Source of the DNA: Gemmatimonadota bacterium
Lineage (GTDB): Bacteria > Latescibacterota > UBA2968 > UBA8231
Direction: 5' to 3'
DNA: 64,000 nucleotides
Assembly: GCA_018672475.1 (NCBI GenBank)
Contig: JABHFS010000052.1
Location: forward strand, 4,697 to 68,696
Position numbers and translations under genes: made by a program. A model generated the notes under the pieces. That model worked only from the letters and a program-made list of their open reading frames with translations, searched no databases and had not been told where the DNA came from. This document shows positions 29,916 to 39,719 of the stretch, in pieces; positions within the stretch are counted from its first letter, which is position 1, and every line of letters starts with the position of its first letter.

Positions 29916-31376
29916 TCATTCTGGAATTTTCAATGCTCGCACATCAATGCCGTTCTCAGGCCGCCAAAACCAAAATAATGCCGACCGTCCCTGTTCTAAT
30001 CCCGAAACAAAATGCATAAACTGTTGCAGCGAGGTGATGCGCTCCTGGTCGACCTCGGTAATCACATCGTGCGTCTGGATGCCCTTGGCGGCTGCGGGGC
30101 CTTCCGGATCGACCGCGACGACGACGACGGGTCCCTCGCCCTGGTCGAAACCTAGCTCGGCGGCGACCTGGCTGTTAAAACCCAGCTCGAAGGCCAGTTC
30201 GGGAGGCAGTGGTTCGACCGAAAAGCCCAACTGTGAAACCCGCTGATGGCCCTGGGCTAGGATGCGGTCTTCTGCGCGCTCGCCGAGCTCGACACCGAGG
30301 TACTGCCGCTGGCCCTGGCGCAGAATGTGCAGATCGATTGTTTCGCCCGGGTCGCGATTGTAAATCAGGGTCTGGATCTGGTTGGAGTGGTCGACCTCGG
30401 TGCCATTGACGGATAGCACGATGTCCCCGACGAGTAGGCCGCCGCGCTCGGCGGGGCTATTGGGTTTAACACCGGTGAGGTAAACGCCGTGCGGGCGATC
30501 CATATCCAGGCCGTGTTGGCGGATCAGGTCATGAGTCATCTCAGGTTCCATGCTTACGCCAAGATAGCCGCGGACGATCCGACCGTGCACCAATAGGTCG
30601 TCCACTACCTCGTTGGCCAGATTGATCGGTACGGCCAATCCATAACCGATATAATAGCCGGTACGCGTCGAAATGGCGGTATTGATGCCTATTACCCTGC
30701 CCTGCAAATCGAGCAGGGGGCCGCCTGAATTGCCGGGGTTGATGACCGCGTTGGTTTGGATAAAGCTCTCGATGGCATAGCCTTTGTCCTCATCGGCGCC
30801 CAGGTCGAAAACACCCGCTTGGCGTCCAAGGGCGCTGATAATACCGTGGGTCAGTGTTGAACCCATGCCCAAAGGGTGGCCGATGGCCAATACCCAATCA
30901 CCGACTTGCAAAAGATCCGAATCGGCAATACGCACGGTGGGCAATTTCTTGGCGTCGACCTTGAGTAGCGCGATGTCGATCAGCGAGTCGAAACCAACGA
31001 CCTTGGCCTGGTAGGTGCGGCGGTCGGAGAGCGTGACCTGTATGGAGTCGGCGCCTGCGATGACGTGGTAGTTGCTCAGTATATAACCGTCGTCGCTGAT
31101 GATAGTACCCGATCCCATACCGCGGAAATCTTCTTCGGGAAGATCCGGAACTCTCGGATGGAAGCGGGGTAAATGGTGTTGTTGCCAGGACCGGGTCGTC
31201 GCGATGAGGACTACGGCCGGCCGCACTTGTTCGTAGGCGTTACGGAATGCCTGGCTGAGGTCTTCAAGCCGTTGCATGCTCTCTGTGGTCTGCTGTGCCC
31301 TAGAGGAAAAGGCTGCAAAGAGCAGAAGGGTGCAAGAGATGATCGCAAGCTGCGGTAGCCTGGGGTGCCGGTTCAT
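29916..31376 (-). CDS. periplasmic serine endoprotease DegP/HtrA family with two PDZ domains
   Basis: GNSGGPLLDLQGRVIGINTAI catalytic Ser motif, His/Asp upstream, signal peptide. Confidence 0.9.
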   Translation of the reverse strand: MNRHPRLPQLAIISCTLLLFAAFSSRAQQTTESMQRLEDLSQAFRNAYEQVRPAVVLIATTRSWQQHHLPRFHPRVPDLPEEDFRGMGSGTIISDDGYILSNYHVIAGADSIQVTLSDRRTYQAKVVGFDSLIDIALLKVDAKKLPTVRIADSDLLQVGDWVLAIGHPLGMGSTLTHGIISALGRQAGVFDLGADEDKGYAIESFIQTNAVINPGNSGGPLLDLQGRVIGINTAISTRTGYYIGYGLAVPINLANEVVDDLLVHGRIVRGYLGVSMEPEMTHDLIRQHGLDMDRPHGVYLTGVKPNSPAERGGLLVGDIVLSVNGTEVDHSNQIQTLIYNRDPGETIDLHILRQGQRQYLGVELGERAEDRILAQGHQRVSQLGFSVEPLPPELAFELGFNSQVAAELGFDQGEGPVVVVAVDPEGPAAAKGIQTHDVITEVDQERITSLQQFMHFVSGLEQGRSALFWFWRPENGIDVRALKIPE

Positions 31377-32995
31377 TCGAGACCGTATTCTTTTAGCTTC
31401 CGGTAGAGCGTCCGGGCGCTGATACCGAGAATGTCCGCGGCCTTCCGGCGGTTGCTGCCGACTCGGTCGAGCGCTTGTTCAATGGCTTCTTTCTCCAGGT
31501 CTCTCAGTGTGCGCAGTGGTTCGACGGCCGCGTGTTGGGGGCGGTCGTTTTTGGTATTGTAGGGCACGTCCTCGACCGGATAGACGATCTGGTGGGGCCT
31601 GTCCGATGAGACGGGTTGCACAATGGGTTGAGCGATGGGTTGGGGCGTGTGGTGCTGAGGCGGTCCAGGCGTCGCGGGGTGTGGGTCCCGCAAGGGTGGG
31701 ATATCGCTCGCGACCGGCGATTGCGCGGTGCGTTCAACGGTATTCCTCAACTCGGCAACTTCGCGTTTGAGATCTAGGAGGGCGAAGTAGATTAACTCGC
31801 GCTCCGATTGGTCCGGTGTCTTGTTGGTGGGCACCGGCAAATTTCTCGTGGAGGCCGGCGGGTTTTCCAAATGCGGGAAAAGGTCCTCGGGTTCAACGAT
31901 GGCGCGCGGCGCGAGGAAGACTAGATGCTCGATAATGTTGCGCAATTCGCGCACGTTGCCGGGCCAGGCGTAGTTTTGTAAAAGGTCCATCGCCCCTGGT
32001 GAGAAACCTTCGAGACGGCTTTTGTTGCCTTGGCTTAGTTCGCCGGTGAATCGTTCGATCAGTAGGGGAATGTCCTCGCTGCGGCGGCGCAGCGGGGGAA
32101 TGGCGAGTTCGACGACTTTGAGCCGATAATAGAGGTCGAGGCGAAACGCGCGCTCGGCCACCGCCTCTTGCAAGTCCCGGTTCGTCGCGGCGATAATGCG
32201 AATATCGACGGGTATGGTCGTATGCCCGCCGATGCGGGTGACTTCGCGTTGCTCGAGCACGCGCAATAGCCGCACTTGCGCGGCGAGCGACATCTCGCCG
32301 ATTTCATCGAGAAAGACCGTGCCGTTATTAGCCTGCTCGAAGATGCCCTGATGTTGCGCGCGGGCATCGGTGAAGGCCCCCTTTTCGTGCCCGAAGAGTT
32401 CGTTTTCCAGCAGGTTTTCGGGGATGGCGCCGCAGTTGAGCGGGCGCATGGGGTGCTCGCGTCGGACGCTGTAGCGGTGTAGGGCTTCGGCGACCAGGTC
32501 CTTGCCGGCACCGCTCTCGCCCGTCAGCAGGATCGACGATACTGGGGTGGGTGCAATAAGCAGGATGCGCTCGCGCAACTGGCGCATCGTTATCGATTCG
32601 CCGACTAGCTCGGACCCGCGCAAGAAACGCCCTCGTTCGACTAGCTGGTCCAGTTTTTGTTGTAGCGCACCTTCTTCGAAGGGCGGAGTGACCTGGTCTT
32701 CAAGCGGCGAGCCGCGCAGGAGCTGGTGCCAGCCCTCGCTTGCTTTGCCCAAACCTAGTACGGGCACGTCGCGGAACCCGTCGAGCGCAGTAATACCTGC
32801 CGCTAGCGTCTCGTTCGAGAGCGCCAAGTCGAAGGCGACCAAGTCGACTCCGCGCCTCAACAGCGGATCGAGGGTGCCGCTATTGGGGGTGTCGATCACC
32901 TTCAGGCGCGCGCCATTGCAAGCGGATCGAAACTCCGCCTCTAGCGCTGGGTGCTGGGTCAGCAGCAGAATGCGATGTCGGGAAGAGGTAGCCAT
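31373..32995 (-). CDS. sigma-54-dependent transcriptional activator (NtrC family) with degenerate N-terminal receiver-like domain and Pro-rich linker
   Basis: AAA+ sigma54 interaction domain (GESGAGKDLVA, GAFTDA-like, FLDEIGEMS), C-terminal Fis-type HTH ILGISARTLYRKLKEYGL; start set to Met 32995 seven nt after crp/fnr stop. Confidence 0.85.
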   Translation of the reverse strand: MATSSRHRILLLTQHPALEAEFRSACNGARLKVIDTPNSGTLDPLLRRGVDLVAFDLALSNETLAAGITALDGFRDVPVLGLGKASEGWHQLLRGSPLEDQVTPPFEEGALQQKLDQLVERGRFLRGSELVGESITMRQLRERILLIAPTPVSSILLTGESGAGKDLVAEALHRYSVRREHPMRPLNCGAIPENLLENELFGHEKGAFTDARAQHQGIFEQANNGTVFLDEIGEMSLAAQVRLLRVLEQREVTRIGGHTTIPVDIRIIAATNRDLQEAVAERAFRLDLYYRLKVVELAIPPLRRRSEDIPLLIERFTGELSQGNKSRLEGFSPGAMDLLQNYAWPGNVRELRNIIEHLVFLAPRAIVEPEDLFPHLENPPASTRNLPVPTNKTPDQSERELIYFALLDLKREVAELRNTVERTAQSPVASDIPPLRDPHPATPGPPQHHTPQPIAQPIVQPVSSDRPHQIVYPVEDVPYNTKNDRPQHAAVEPLRTLRDLEKEAIEQALDRVGSNRRKAADILGISARTLYRKLKEYGLE

Positions 32996-33002
32996 AACCG
33001 AA

Positions 33003-33692
33003 TCAGGTCTTCCAGGTGTCCTCGCGCAGAATCGTAATCTTGCGCCCGCTGCAGTTGATGTAGCCCTGGCCCTCAAGGCGCTTGAGCACCCGCGAAACCG
33101 TCTCGCGGGTAGTGCCCGACATATTGGCCAACTCCTGATGAGTGGGCCGGTTTTCGATCGTGACGCCATCGGTCGTCTCCGTGCCCTGCTCAGTGGCCAG
33201 TTGCAGCAAGGTATCGGAAATTCGACTGGTCACATCTAGCAGGGCCAGGCCTTCGATCTGGCGATCGGTTTTGCGCAGGCGAGTGGCCAGCTCGGCTAAG
33301 AGCGCGGTGGCGATCTGCGGCGTCTTGTAGATCAGTTGCACAAAATCGGCGCGACGCAGCATCAGAAGTTCGGTTTCTTCGATGGCCACGACATTGGCCG
33401 AACGCGGCTTGCCGTCCAAGAGTGAGAGTTCGCCAAAAACCGATCCCGACCCCAGAAGAGACAGGATGACCTCGCGGCCCTCTTCGCTGACAATGCTGAC
33501 CTTTACTTGGCCTCTTTTGAGGATAAAGAGCGTGTCGCCCTCTTCTTCGGCGAGGATAATGACATTGTCCTTGCTAAAGATGCGGGTAAAGGTCACGTCC
33601 GAGAGGGCTTCCAGCTCTTCCTGGTTCAGGCTCTCAAAGAGTGACACGTTGCGCAGAAAATCGATATGGGTCATCGGGTTTCTCCCTGCCAT
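33003..33692 (-). CDS. Crp/Fnr family transcriptional regulator
   Basis: cNMP-binding domain plus HTH RETVSRVLKRLEGQGYI. Confidence 0.85.
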   Translation of the reverse strand: MAGRNPMTHIDFLRNVSLFESLNQEELEALSDVTFTRIFSKDNVIILAEEEGDTLFILKRGQVKVSIVSEEGREVILSLLGSGSVFGELSLLDGKPRSANVVAIEETELLMLRRADFVQLIYKTPQIATALLAELATRLRKTDRQIEGLALLDVTSRISDTLLQLATEQGTETTDGVTIENRPTHQELANMSGTTRETVSRVLKRLEGQGYINCSGRKITILREDTWKT

Positions 33693-33699
33693 TGGCGCC

Positions 33700-36600
33700 T
33701 TAGTTGCGATTGCCTAAACTGCGGCGCAAGGCAACGATCTGTTCTTGGGCCATCTCCCCTTGGGGGCTTTGGCCCCCTTCGCGGCGCACGATGCGCTCGT
33801 AGACGGTGATGGCTGTAGCGTGTTCGCCCAACGACTGGTGACAGCGCGCGCGCTGGAAATCTGCCGAAGTGATCCACTGGCTGAACCCCTCGGCGCCGTG
33901 GTAGCTGACTTTGTAGTAGGCTTCGATGGCCTTGCGATATTCGCCCATATTCTGATACGATTCGCCGATATAGAATCGGGCTTCGGAGGCGCTATTGGCT
34001 TCGAGCAGTTGTTGGGAAAGCAACTCGTCAAACTGTTCTATGGCCTGGGGATAATGGCCCTTATCCTTGAGGATGATGCCCAATTCAAGTTGCGCGTCGA
34101 CGGTTTTGGGGTGCTCGGGATACTGGCGCAAGAGTTGGTTGACCACCTGGTGGGCCGCTTCATATTCGTGTGCGCCCTGGTAGCTCTTAAGCAGCTTCCA
34201 CACCGCGTCCTGGGCCGAGTCGCGGGCGACTTGCGGCGCGTCGAGAACGCGTTTGTAGGCGCCTGCGGCCTGCAGGTAGTTGTGCAGCGAATACTGGTAA
34301 TCGCCCAAGCGCAAATAGGCATCGGCCGCATGCGGGCTCGTTGGATTTTCCTGCACGAAGCGCGAGATGGCTTCCAATGCACGAGCAGCGCCTTCCTCGC
34401 TAGGCGCTGCTTTGTTTTGCTTCCACAGCGTCGTTGCCACTTGAAAGGCCCCATCGTCAGCCCACTCGCCCTCTTTTATTTTTTGGAACGCTTCAAGAGC
34501 CTTTTTGTAGTTGCCCGCCCGTAAGTAGTATTGTCCCTCTTCGAGTTGAAAGCGCTGGCTCCATTCTGTCGCTTCTTTAAAGCGCTTAGTGAACTTCTTG
34601 CCCGCCTTACGTCCCTCTTCTAGGCGCTTGAGCCGAAATAGGGCAAGCACGGCTTGTCCGTGCACCAGCGGATCTTCGCTATGTTTTAGTAGGGGCTGAT
34701 AAATTTGTTGAGCCTGTTTGTAGCGCTCCCGCACAAAGGCGATATGACCGGCCCGGGTCGAGGCTTCAACGGCCAGATCCCCCGACGCGAATTCTTTCCC
34801 CACCTGCTGAAAAAGTCGAAAGGCTTCGTCCTCTTGTCCGAGTTGCAACTGCAATACGGCTTGCGCGAAATAAATGCTGTCCAAGCCTGCGTCCGCCCCG
34901 TCGGTGAGCACTTGTCGATAAGCCGCCAATGCTTCGTTGTGGCGGCCTAGCCGATGATGAGCCTGGGCGATGCGACGGAGAATCCTGCCGCCGTCGTCGG
35001 TTGTTGTCGCGCCGGTGACTAGCGGCAGATAAAGCTCGACACCTATTTCGAATTCGCCGAGTTGGAAATAGGTGTCGCCTAGCAGTTCTTGCGCGGCGCG
35101 GCGTTTGGGAAAGGCCGGATAGCCCCAGCGCAGCTCTTGCAAACGGGCGATGGCCTCTTGCGGTCGGTCTTGCGCCAGGCGGATATGGCCCAACTCAAAG
35201 AGGACCTGCGCTGTCAGCGGGTTGTCGGGATAATCGCCGAGCAGGCGTTCGAGCGAGTCGGCTGCCGCTTGGTACTGGCCTTTTTGCGCGTGATAAAGAC
35301 CGGCGCCCAATAGTGCTTGAGGTACGAGCGGGCTGTCGGGTGTGAGCCGACGGAGCTGACGATAAGCCTCGGCAGCGCCATCGAGCCGGGTAGAGTCGAT
35401 GGCCGCTAGCCGACGTCGCGCGTCGCCTAGCTGTAAGAGCGCCTGACCTAATTGCGGGCTCTGGCCCTCGACAGCTTCGACGACGAAGGCGGCAAAACCC
35501 TTTTCTAGTGTAAGTAGGCGCAATGAGTCGGGGCCGCTTTCGGCCTGGGTTTCGATAAGGCGAATTTGTGCGCGCTGGGTCCAGGAGTTGTCGCTCGTAG
35601 CTTCTGCGGGTTGCGCGGCGAGAATGCGGTATTCTTGTAGTGCGAGGGCGCGCAGCGAATCGGCACTGGCGGGCTGAGCTTCGAGCTGGCGTTGGCGGGC
35701 GAGTTTGAGCAAGCTCTCGGCCAGGAAATATTGCGCCTCGCTGCTGTGGTGGTCGTTGGAATAAGCCGCGGCGTAGTGTTCGAAAGATTTAGCAGCGGCC
35801 TCGAAATCGTGGTGCTCGAAAAGTACCCGTGCTACGTATAATTGCGCCAGTTGACGCGGGGTGCCGCTCAACTCGTCGATCCAGGCCTTTTGCAGCGCGC
35901 GGTTGAGGTCGGCCTGGTTCATGACGGTGAATTGGCGCAAATACTCAATGCGTTCGCGTACGGCCTCGCTCTGGAGGCCGGCGGGAAAGAGCTCGAGATA
36001 GGCGATATATTCGCGCAGCGCGGCGCGGGGTTGGCTGCTTTCTTCAAAGACTTGGGCCAAGCCGAATTGCGCTTTGGCGGCGACTTCGCCCTGACCCGAT
36101 GCCAGTTCGCGATAGAGCGCGATGGCCTCTTCGTAATAGCCGGTCGAGCCATAGAGTTCGGCCAAGTCGGAGCGGACGGCGTCGGAAGCCGTGTCGGTTT
36201 CCTGCAAATAGCGGCGATACCAAGTGATTGAGCGGCTGTGGTCGCCGCGCCGCTTGTAGAGCACGCCCAATTCGCGTAGCGCGTCCTTGGCTTCAGGTGT
36301 GCCATCGATTTGGATCAGCCCTTGGAACATGCCCACCGCCAAGGCGAACTGTCCGGCCTGTCCCAAGGCGATGGCCTGTCCCAAGCGTGCTTTGAGATAG
36401 GCCGGGTGGCCGGGTTCAAGCCCGGCGATCAACCGTTCGTAGTGGTCGAGCGCTTCACGTGTTTGCTGGCTTTGGCGTCGGGCGTCGGCGAGACCTAGGA
36501 GGGCGCTCTCTTTGAGGGTCGCGTTGCCGATTTTGTCGAAGGCTTTTTGGTAGGCGTCACCTGCTTGGCTAAAGAGGCGCAACCCATAGAGGTGGTTGGC

Positions 36601-37377
36601 GCGATGCAGATAGGCACTATCGGTCTGCGCTGCCGAGGGAAAGCGTTTTTCCAGCGATTTGAAGCGGGTCTCAGCGGCTTTGCGGTTGCCCAAGAAAAGA
36701 TCGATGCGTCCGCCGAGCAGTAGGGCACTGGGCGCCTCGGGTGGGGCGGGCTCAGTGGCGATAATTTGACTGAGCAGTTGTTGGGCTTCTTCGGCCCGGC
36801 CGGCGGCAAAGCGCAATCGGGCTAATCGATAACGGGCCGAGTGCACTTGCGGCGAAGTTGCATAGTCGGCAAGTAGACGTCCATAAGCAGCTATGGCTTG
36901 CCGTAAGTCCTGACCCTGGTTATAATTGGCGGCCGCGTCGAGCAGTGCACTAGCGGCAAATTCGCTCGCGCTAAAACGGCGTTGAACCTCTTCAAATGCG
37001 CGAGCGGCGGGCAGAAACTGACCTTGCTGCGAAAGGCAAGCCGCCCGTTCGCGCCGCGCGTCGGCCGTGCTTAAATGATCGGCATGTTCTATATAGAATT
37101 GCTCGTAGGCCGGCACTGCCAAATCGCAACGACCGTTTTGACGATAGGCGCGAGATAGCATTAGGCGAGCTTCGGCTAATTGCGGACTAGCGGGATAGTT
37201 GCGAATGAAATCGGCGAAGAGCGCGGCGGCTGTAGCATAATCGCCCGCATCGCGGAAAAGATTCCGGGCTAGTTTGAAGTCATCTTCTTCTGCGTCTGTT
37301 TGCGCCGTGCCGGGAGCAGGGCAACATAGGGCAAAAAGGAGTATTAGACTGTATACATTGAACTTATAATATGCCAT
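33700..37377 (-). CDS. large secreted tetratricopeptide-repeat protein (1225 aa)
   Basis: Signal peptide, dozens of TPR-like A/L/Y-rich 34-aa repeats. Confidence 0.8.
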   Translation of the reverse strand: MAYYKFNVYSLILLFALCCPAPGTAQTDAEEDDFKLARNLFRDAGDYATAAALFADFIRNYPASPQLAEARLMLSRAYRQNGRCDLAVPAYEQFYIEHADHLSTADARRERAACLSQQGQFLPAARAFEEVQRRFSASEFAASALLDAAANYNQGQDLRQAIAAYGRLLADYATSPQVHSARYRLARLRFAAGRAEEAQQLLSQIIATEPAPPEAPSALLLGGRIDLFLGNRKAAETRFKSLEKRFPSAAQTDSAYLHRANHLYGLRLFSQAGDAYQKAFDKIGNATLKESALLGLADARRQSQQTREALDHYERLIAGLEPGHPAYLKARLGQAIALGQAGQFALAVGMFQGLIQIDGTPEAKDALRELGVLYKRRGDHSRSITWYRRYLQETDTASDAVRSDLAELYGSTGYYEEAIALYRELASGQGEVAAKAQFGLAQVFEESSQPRAALREYIAYLELFPAGLQSEAVRERIEYLRQFTVMNQADLNRALQKAWIDELSGTPRQLAQLYVARVLFEHHDFEAAAKSFEHYAAAYSNDHHSSEAQYFLAESLLKLARQRQLEAQPASADSLRALALQEYRILAAQPAEATSDNSWTQRAQIRLIETQAESGPDSLRLLTLEKGFAAFVVEAVEGQSPQLGQALLQLGDARRRLAAIDSTRLDGAAEAYRQLRRLTPDSPLVPQALLGAGLYHAQKGQYQAAADSLERLLGDYPDNPLTAQVLFELGHIRLAQDRPQEAIARLQELRWGYPAFPKRRAAQELLGDTYFQLGEFEIGVELYLPLVTGATTTDDGGRILRRIAQAHHRLGRHNEALAAYRQVLTDGADAGLDSIYFAQAVLQLQLGQEDEAFRLFQQVGKEFASGDLAVEASTRAGHIAFVRERYKQAQQIYQPLLKHSEDPLVHGQAVLALFRLKRLEEGRKAGKKFTKRFKEATEWSQRFQLEEGQYYLRAGNYKKALEAFQKIKEGEWADDGAFQVATTLWKQNKAAPSEEGAARALEAISRFVQENPTSPHAADAYLRLGDYQYSLHNYLQAAGAYKRVLDAPQVARDSAQDAVWKLLKSYQGAHEYEAAHQVVNQLLRQYPEHPKTVDAQLELGIILKDKGHYPQAIEQFDELLSQQLLEANSASEARFYIGESYQNMGEYRKAIEAYYKVSYHGAEGFSQWITSADFQRARCHQSLGEHATAITVYERIVRREGGQSPQGEMAQEQIVALRRSLGNRN

Positions 37378-37448
37378 TGTGTCACTTTTTCATGTCACTT
37401 TTATCATTTTATAGTAGAATATTAACGAAATAAGGTCAAGGTACGCCA

Positions 37449-38309
37449 ATGACAGAGGGACCACTGGCGGAAAAAGCATACGGGAAAATAAACTTGGGAC
37501 TCAAAATCCTGGGTCGTCGTCCCGACGGATATCACGACATTCTCAGCATCGCTCAATGCGTCGATCTAGCCGATATATTGCATTTTGAACCGGCACCCTC
37601 TGATCAACTGACCTGTAATATCGAAGATTTGTCGACGGGTCCCGATAACCTAGTGCGTCGCGCCGTTGATTCATTTCGCGCCCGATTGGACCATCCTATC
37701 CGGCATTTTCGCATCCATTTGGAAAAACACATCCCCATGGGAGCAGGCTTAGGGGGCGGAAGCGCCGATGCGGCGGCGACGCTGAGAGCGCTCAATCGGT
37801 TTTATGGAGAGCCATTAGATCGCACAGAGCTCGGCGCAATCGCCGCTGAACTCGGCTCGGACATCCCTTTTCTAGTAGAAGGAGGCACTGCATTAATGCG
37901 GGGTCGGGGTGAGATCCTCGAACCATTGGGCTGGGCCGGCGCGGTATTTTATGTCTTGGCCTATCCCGAGGTTGAGGTGGGTACGGCGTGGGCTTATGGT
38001 CAATTCCGGCCTGTCTTGACAGACGATACACCCTATCTTAAATTTACTTCTTCCTTGAGCGGCGGGTGCGTTGACCACGATAGGCTTTTTGAAGTGCTGG
38101 AGAACGACTTCATGCCCGTGGTAGAACGCGCCTATCCCATCGTCGCAGAACTTCGTTCTCAACTGGACCGAGCCGGTGCTCGCGCCACGTCGATGTCGGG
38201 CAGTGGCTCCACCGTTTACGGTATCTTCGACGACCGGACGACCGCCTCTCGGGCGCAACAAGCGCTGCAAGAGCAAGGTTACCGGTCTTTTTTGTGCCGG
38301 TCAATATAA
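37449..38309 (+). CDS. ispE: 4-diphosphocytidyl-2-C-methyl-D-erythritol kinase
   Basis: KINLGLKILGRRPDGYHDI and GHMP-kinase motif IPMGAGLGGGSADAAA. Confidence 0.9.
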   Translation: MTEGPLAEKAYGKINLGLKILGRRPDGYHDILSIAQCVDLADILHFEPAPSDQLTCNIEDLSTGPDNLVRRAVDSFRARLDHPIRHFRIHLEKHIPMGAGLGGGSADAAATLRALNRFYGEPLDRTELGAIAAELGSDIPFLVEGGTALMRGRGEILEPLGWAGAVFYVLAYPEVEVGTAWAYGQFRPVLTDDTPYLKFTSSLSGGCVDHDRLFEVLENDFMPVVERAYPIVAELRSQLDRAGARATSMSGSGSTVYGIFDDRTTASRAQQALQEQGYRSFLCRSI

Positions 38310-38335
38310 CTTAAGTAATCGAGTAGTGTTTAGGT

Positions 38336-38410
38336 AGCCCGGTCGTTCAATTGGTAGGACAGCGGATTTTGGGTCCGCTTATCGAGGTTCGAGTCCTCGC
38401 CGGGCTGCCA
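38336..38410 (+). tRNA. tRNA-Gln (anticodon TTG), CCA encoded
   Basis: Hand-folded cloverleaf: 7-bp acceptor AGCCCGG/CCGGGCT, D-stem GTTC/GGAC, anticodon stem GCGGA/TCCGC with loop TTTTGGG, T-arm CGAGG-TTCGAGT-CCTCG, discriminator G, CCA. Confidence 0.85.
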
Positions 38411-38441
38411 ATTAAAATTAGTTTATCGAGGAGATGTTCCA

Positions 38442-39128
38442 ATGCCGCAAGTACCGCTGAAGATCCACGCGCGCCAGCAGGTTTCGCTCAAGGTCGCGCC
38501 CCGCGAGGAGCAGGGCAAGGGGCCTGTAGGCCAGATGCGTCGCTTGCACGGTCAGCTGCCCGGAGTCATCTACGGCCATAAGCAGGACGTCGAATGCTTC
38601 AAGACCGATGCTCATAGCTTGGAACGCATTCTGAGCAAGGGCGGTCAGAATGCGATCATCCTTATCGAGGATGAGGAGTCTAGCAAGGAGCCCGAGCAGG
38701 CCCTGATCCGCGAGATCCAATACCACAAGGTGAGCGGTGATGTGATGCACTTGGATCTATTGCGCATCGATCCGACCGAAACACTGCGCGCGAATGTGCC
38801 GATCATAACTGTTGGCGTCCCCGAGGGCGTGCGCACCGGAGGTGGGTCCTTACAACAGACCCTGACCACACTAGAAATGGAATGCGTCGTCTCCGAGATG
38901 CCCTCCGCCGTGGAGATCGATATCACCTCGCTGCAGATTGGCGACAGCTTGCACGTGAGTGACCTAATGGAGCAAGAGCCACGCATCACCAGCGAAGGGG
39001 TGCGTGCGATCGTCAATGTATTGGTGCCGCGTCTGATCGTTGACGACGAAGCTGGAGACAAGGAAGAGGAAGAGGAAGCCGGTGGCGAAGATGCTGCAGC
39101 CGCTGATGGCGAGGGCGGCGAAGAGTAA
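38442..39128 (+). CDS. rplY: 50S ribosomal protein L25 / general stress protein Ctc
   Basis: L25 N-terminal fold, Ctc-type C-terminal domain and acidic tail, 228 aa. Confidence 0.9.
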   Translation: MPQVPLKIHARQQVSLKVAPREEQGKGPVGQMRRLHGQLPGVIYGHKQDVECFKTDAHSLERILSKGGQNAIILIEDEESSKEPEQALIREIQYHKVSGDVMHLDLLRIDPTETLRANVPIITVGVPEGVRTGGGSLQQTLTTLEMECVVSEMPSAVEIDITSLQIGDSLHVSDLMEQEPRITSEGVRAIVNVLVPRLIVDDEAGDKEEEEEAGGEDAAAADGEGGEE

Positions 39129-39130
39129 CC

Positions 39131-39691
39131 TTGCGGATCGCCCTAGGGTTGGGCAATCCCGGTGCGCGCTATACGTCGACCCGGCACAACATAGGTTTTA
39201 TGGCGGTAGATCACTTGGCGGCCCGGCGCGGTGTCGACTGGCAGCACCGGGAAGACGCCGTTGCCGAAGTCGCCGAAGTCGAGTTGGGCGGTCAGGAGGT
39301 GATGCTGGTCAAGCCTCAGACCTTTATGAACAACAGCGGCAGGACAGCGGCCGCTCTTTGTGCCCGATGGGAGGTCAAGCCGCAAGACGTACTGGTTGTT
39401 TTCGACGATTTTCTGTTGGACTTTGGGCGTTTGCGTTTTCGCCGTGGGGGTTCCGACGGCGGGCACAATGGCCTGGCCTCGGTGCTTGAAGGGCTCAATA
39501 CTCAAGACGTGCCGCGGTTGCGGATGGGGATTGGTTCCCCCCCCGAAGGCGAAGAGATTATCGATTATGTGCTGGACTCGTTTTCCCTGGAAGATGAGGT
39601 AGGAGACTTGCTCGAACACTGTGAAAAGGCGCTCGAAAACTATTATGCCGAGGGGGTTGAGGCGGCAATGAATATTTTTAACGGATCCTGA
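39131..39691 (+). CDS. pth: peptidyl-tRNA hydrolase
   Basis: RIALGLGNPGARYTSTRHNIGF N-terminus, 186 aa. Confidence 0.9.
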   Translation: MRIALGLGNPGARYTSTRHNIGFMAVDHLAARRGVDWQHREDAVAEVAEVELGGQEVMLVKPQTFMNNSGRTAAALCARWEVKPQDVLVVFDDFLLDFGRLRFRRGGSDGGHNGLASVLEGLNTQDVPRLRMGIGSPPEGEEIIDYVLDSFSLEDEVGDLLEHCEKALENYYAEGVEAAMNIFNGS

Positions 39692-39719
39692 AGTTCCCGT
39701 GGGAGGGTAACTATACTAT

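Noticed and set aside
32996-33169. N-terminal 58-residue extension (MASRSKTG...) of the sigma-54 activator
   Set aside because: It overlaps the 3' end of the Crp/Fnr gene in another frame and has an Arg/Ala-rich junk composition. Met 32995 sits 7 nt after the Crp/Fnr stop.
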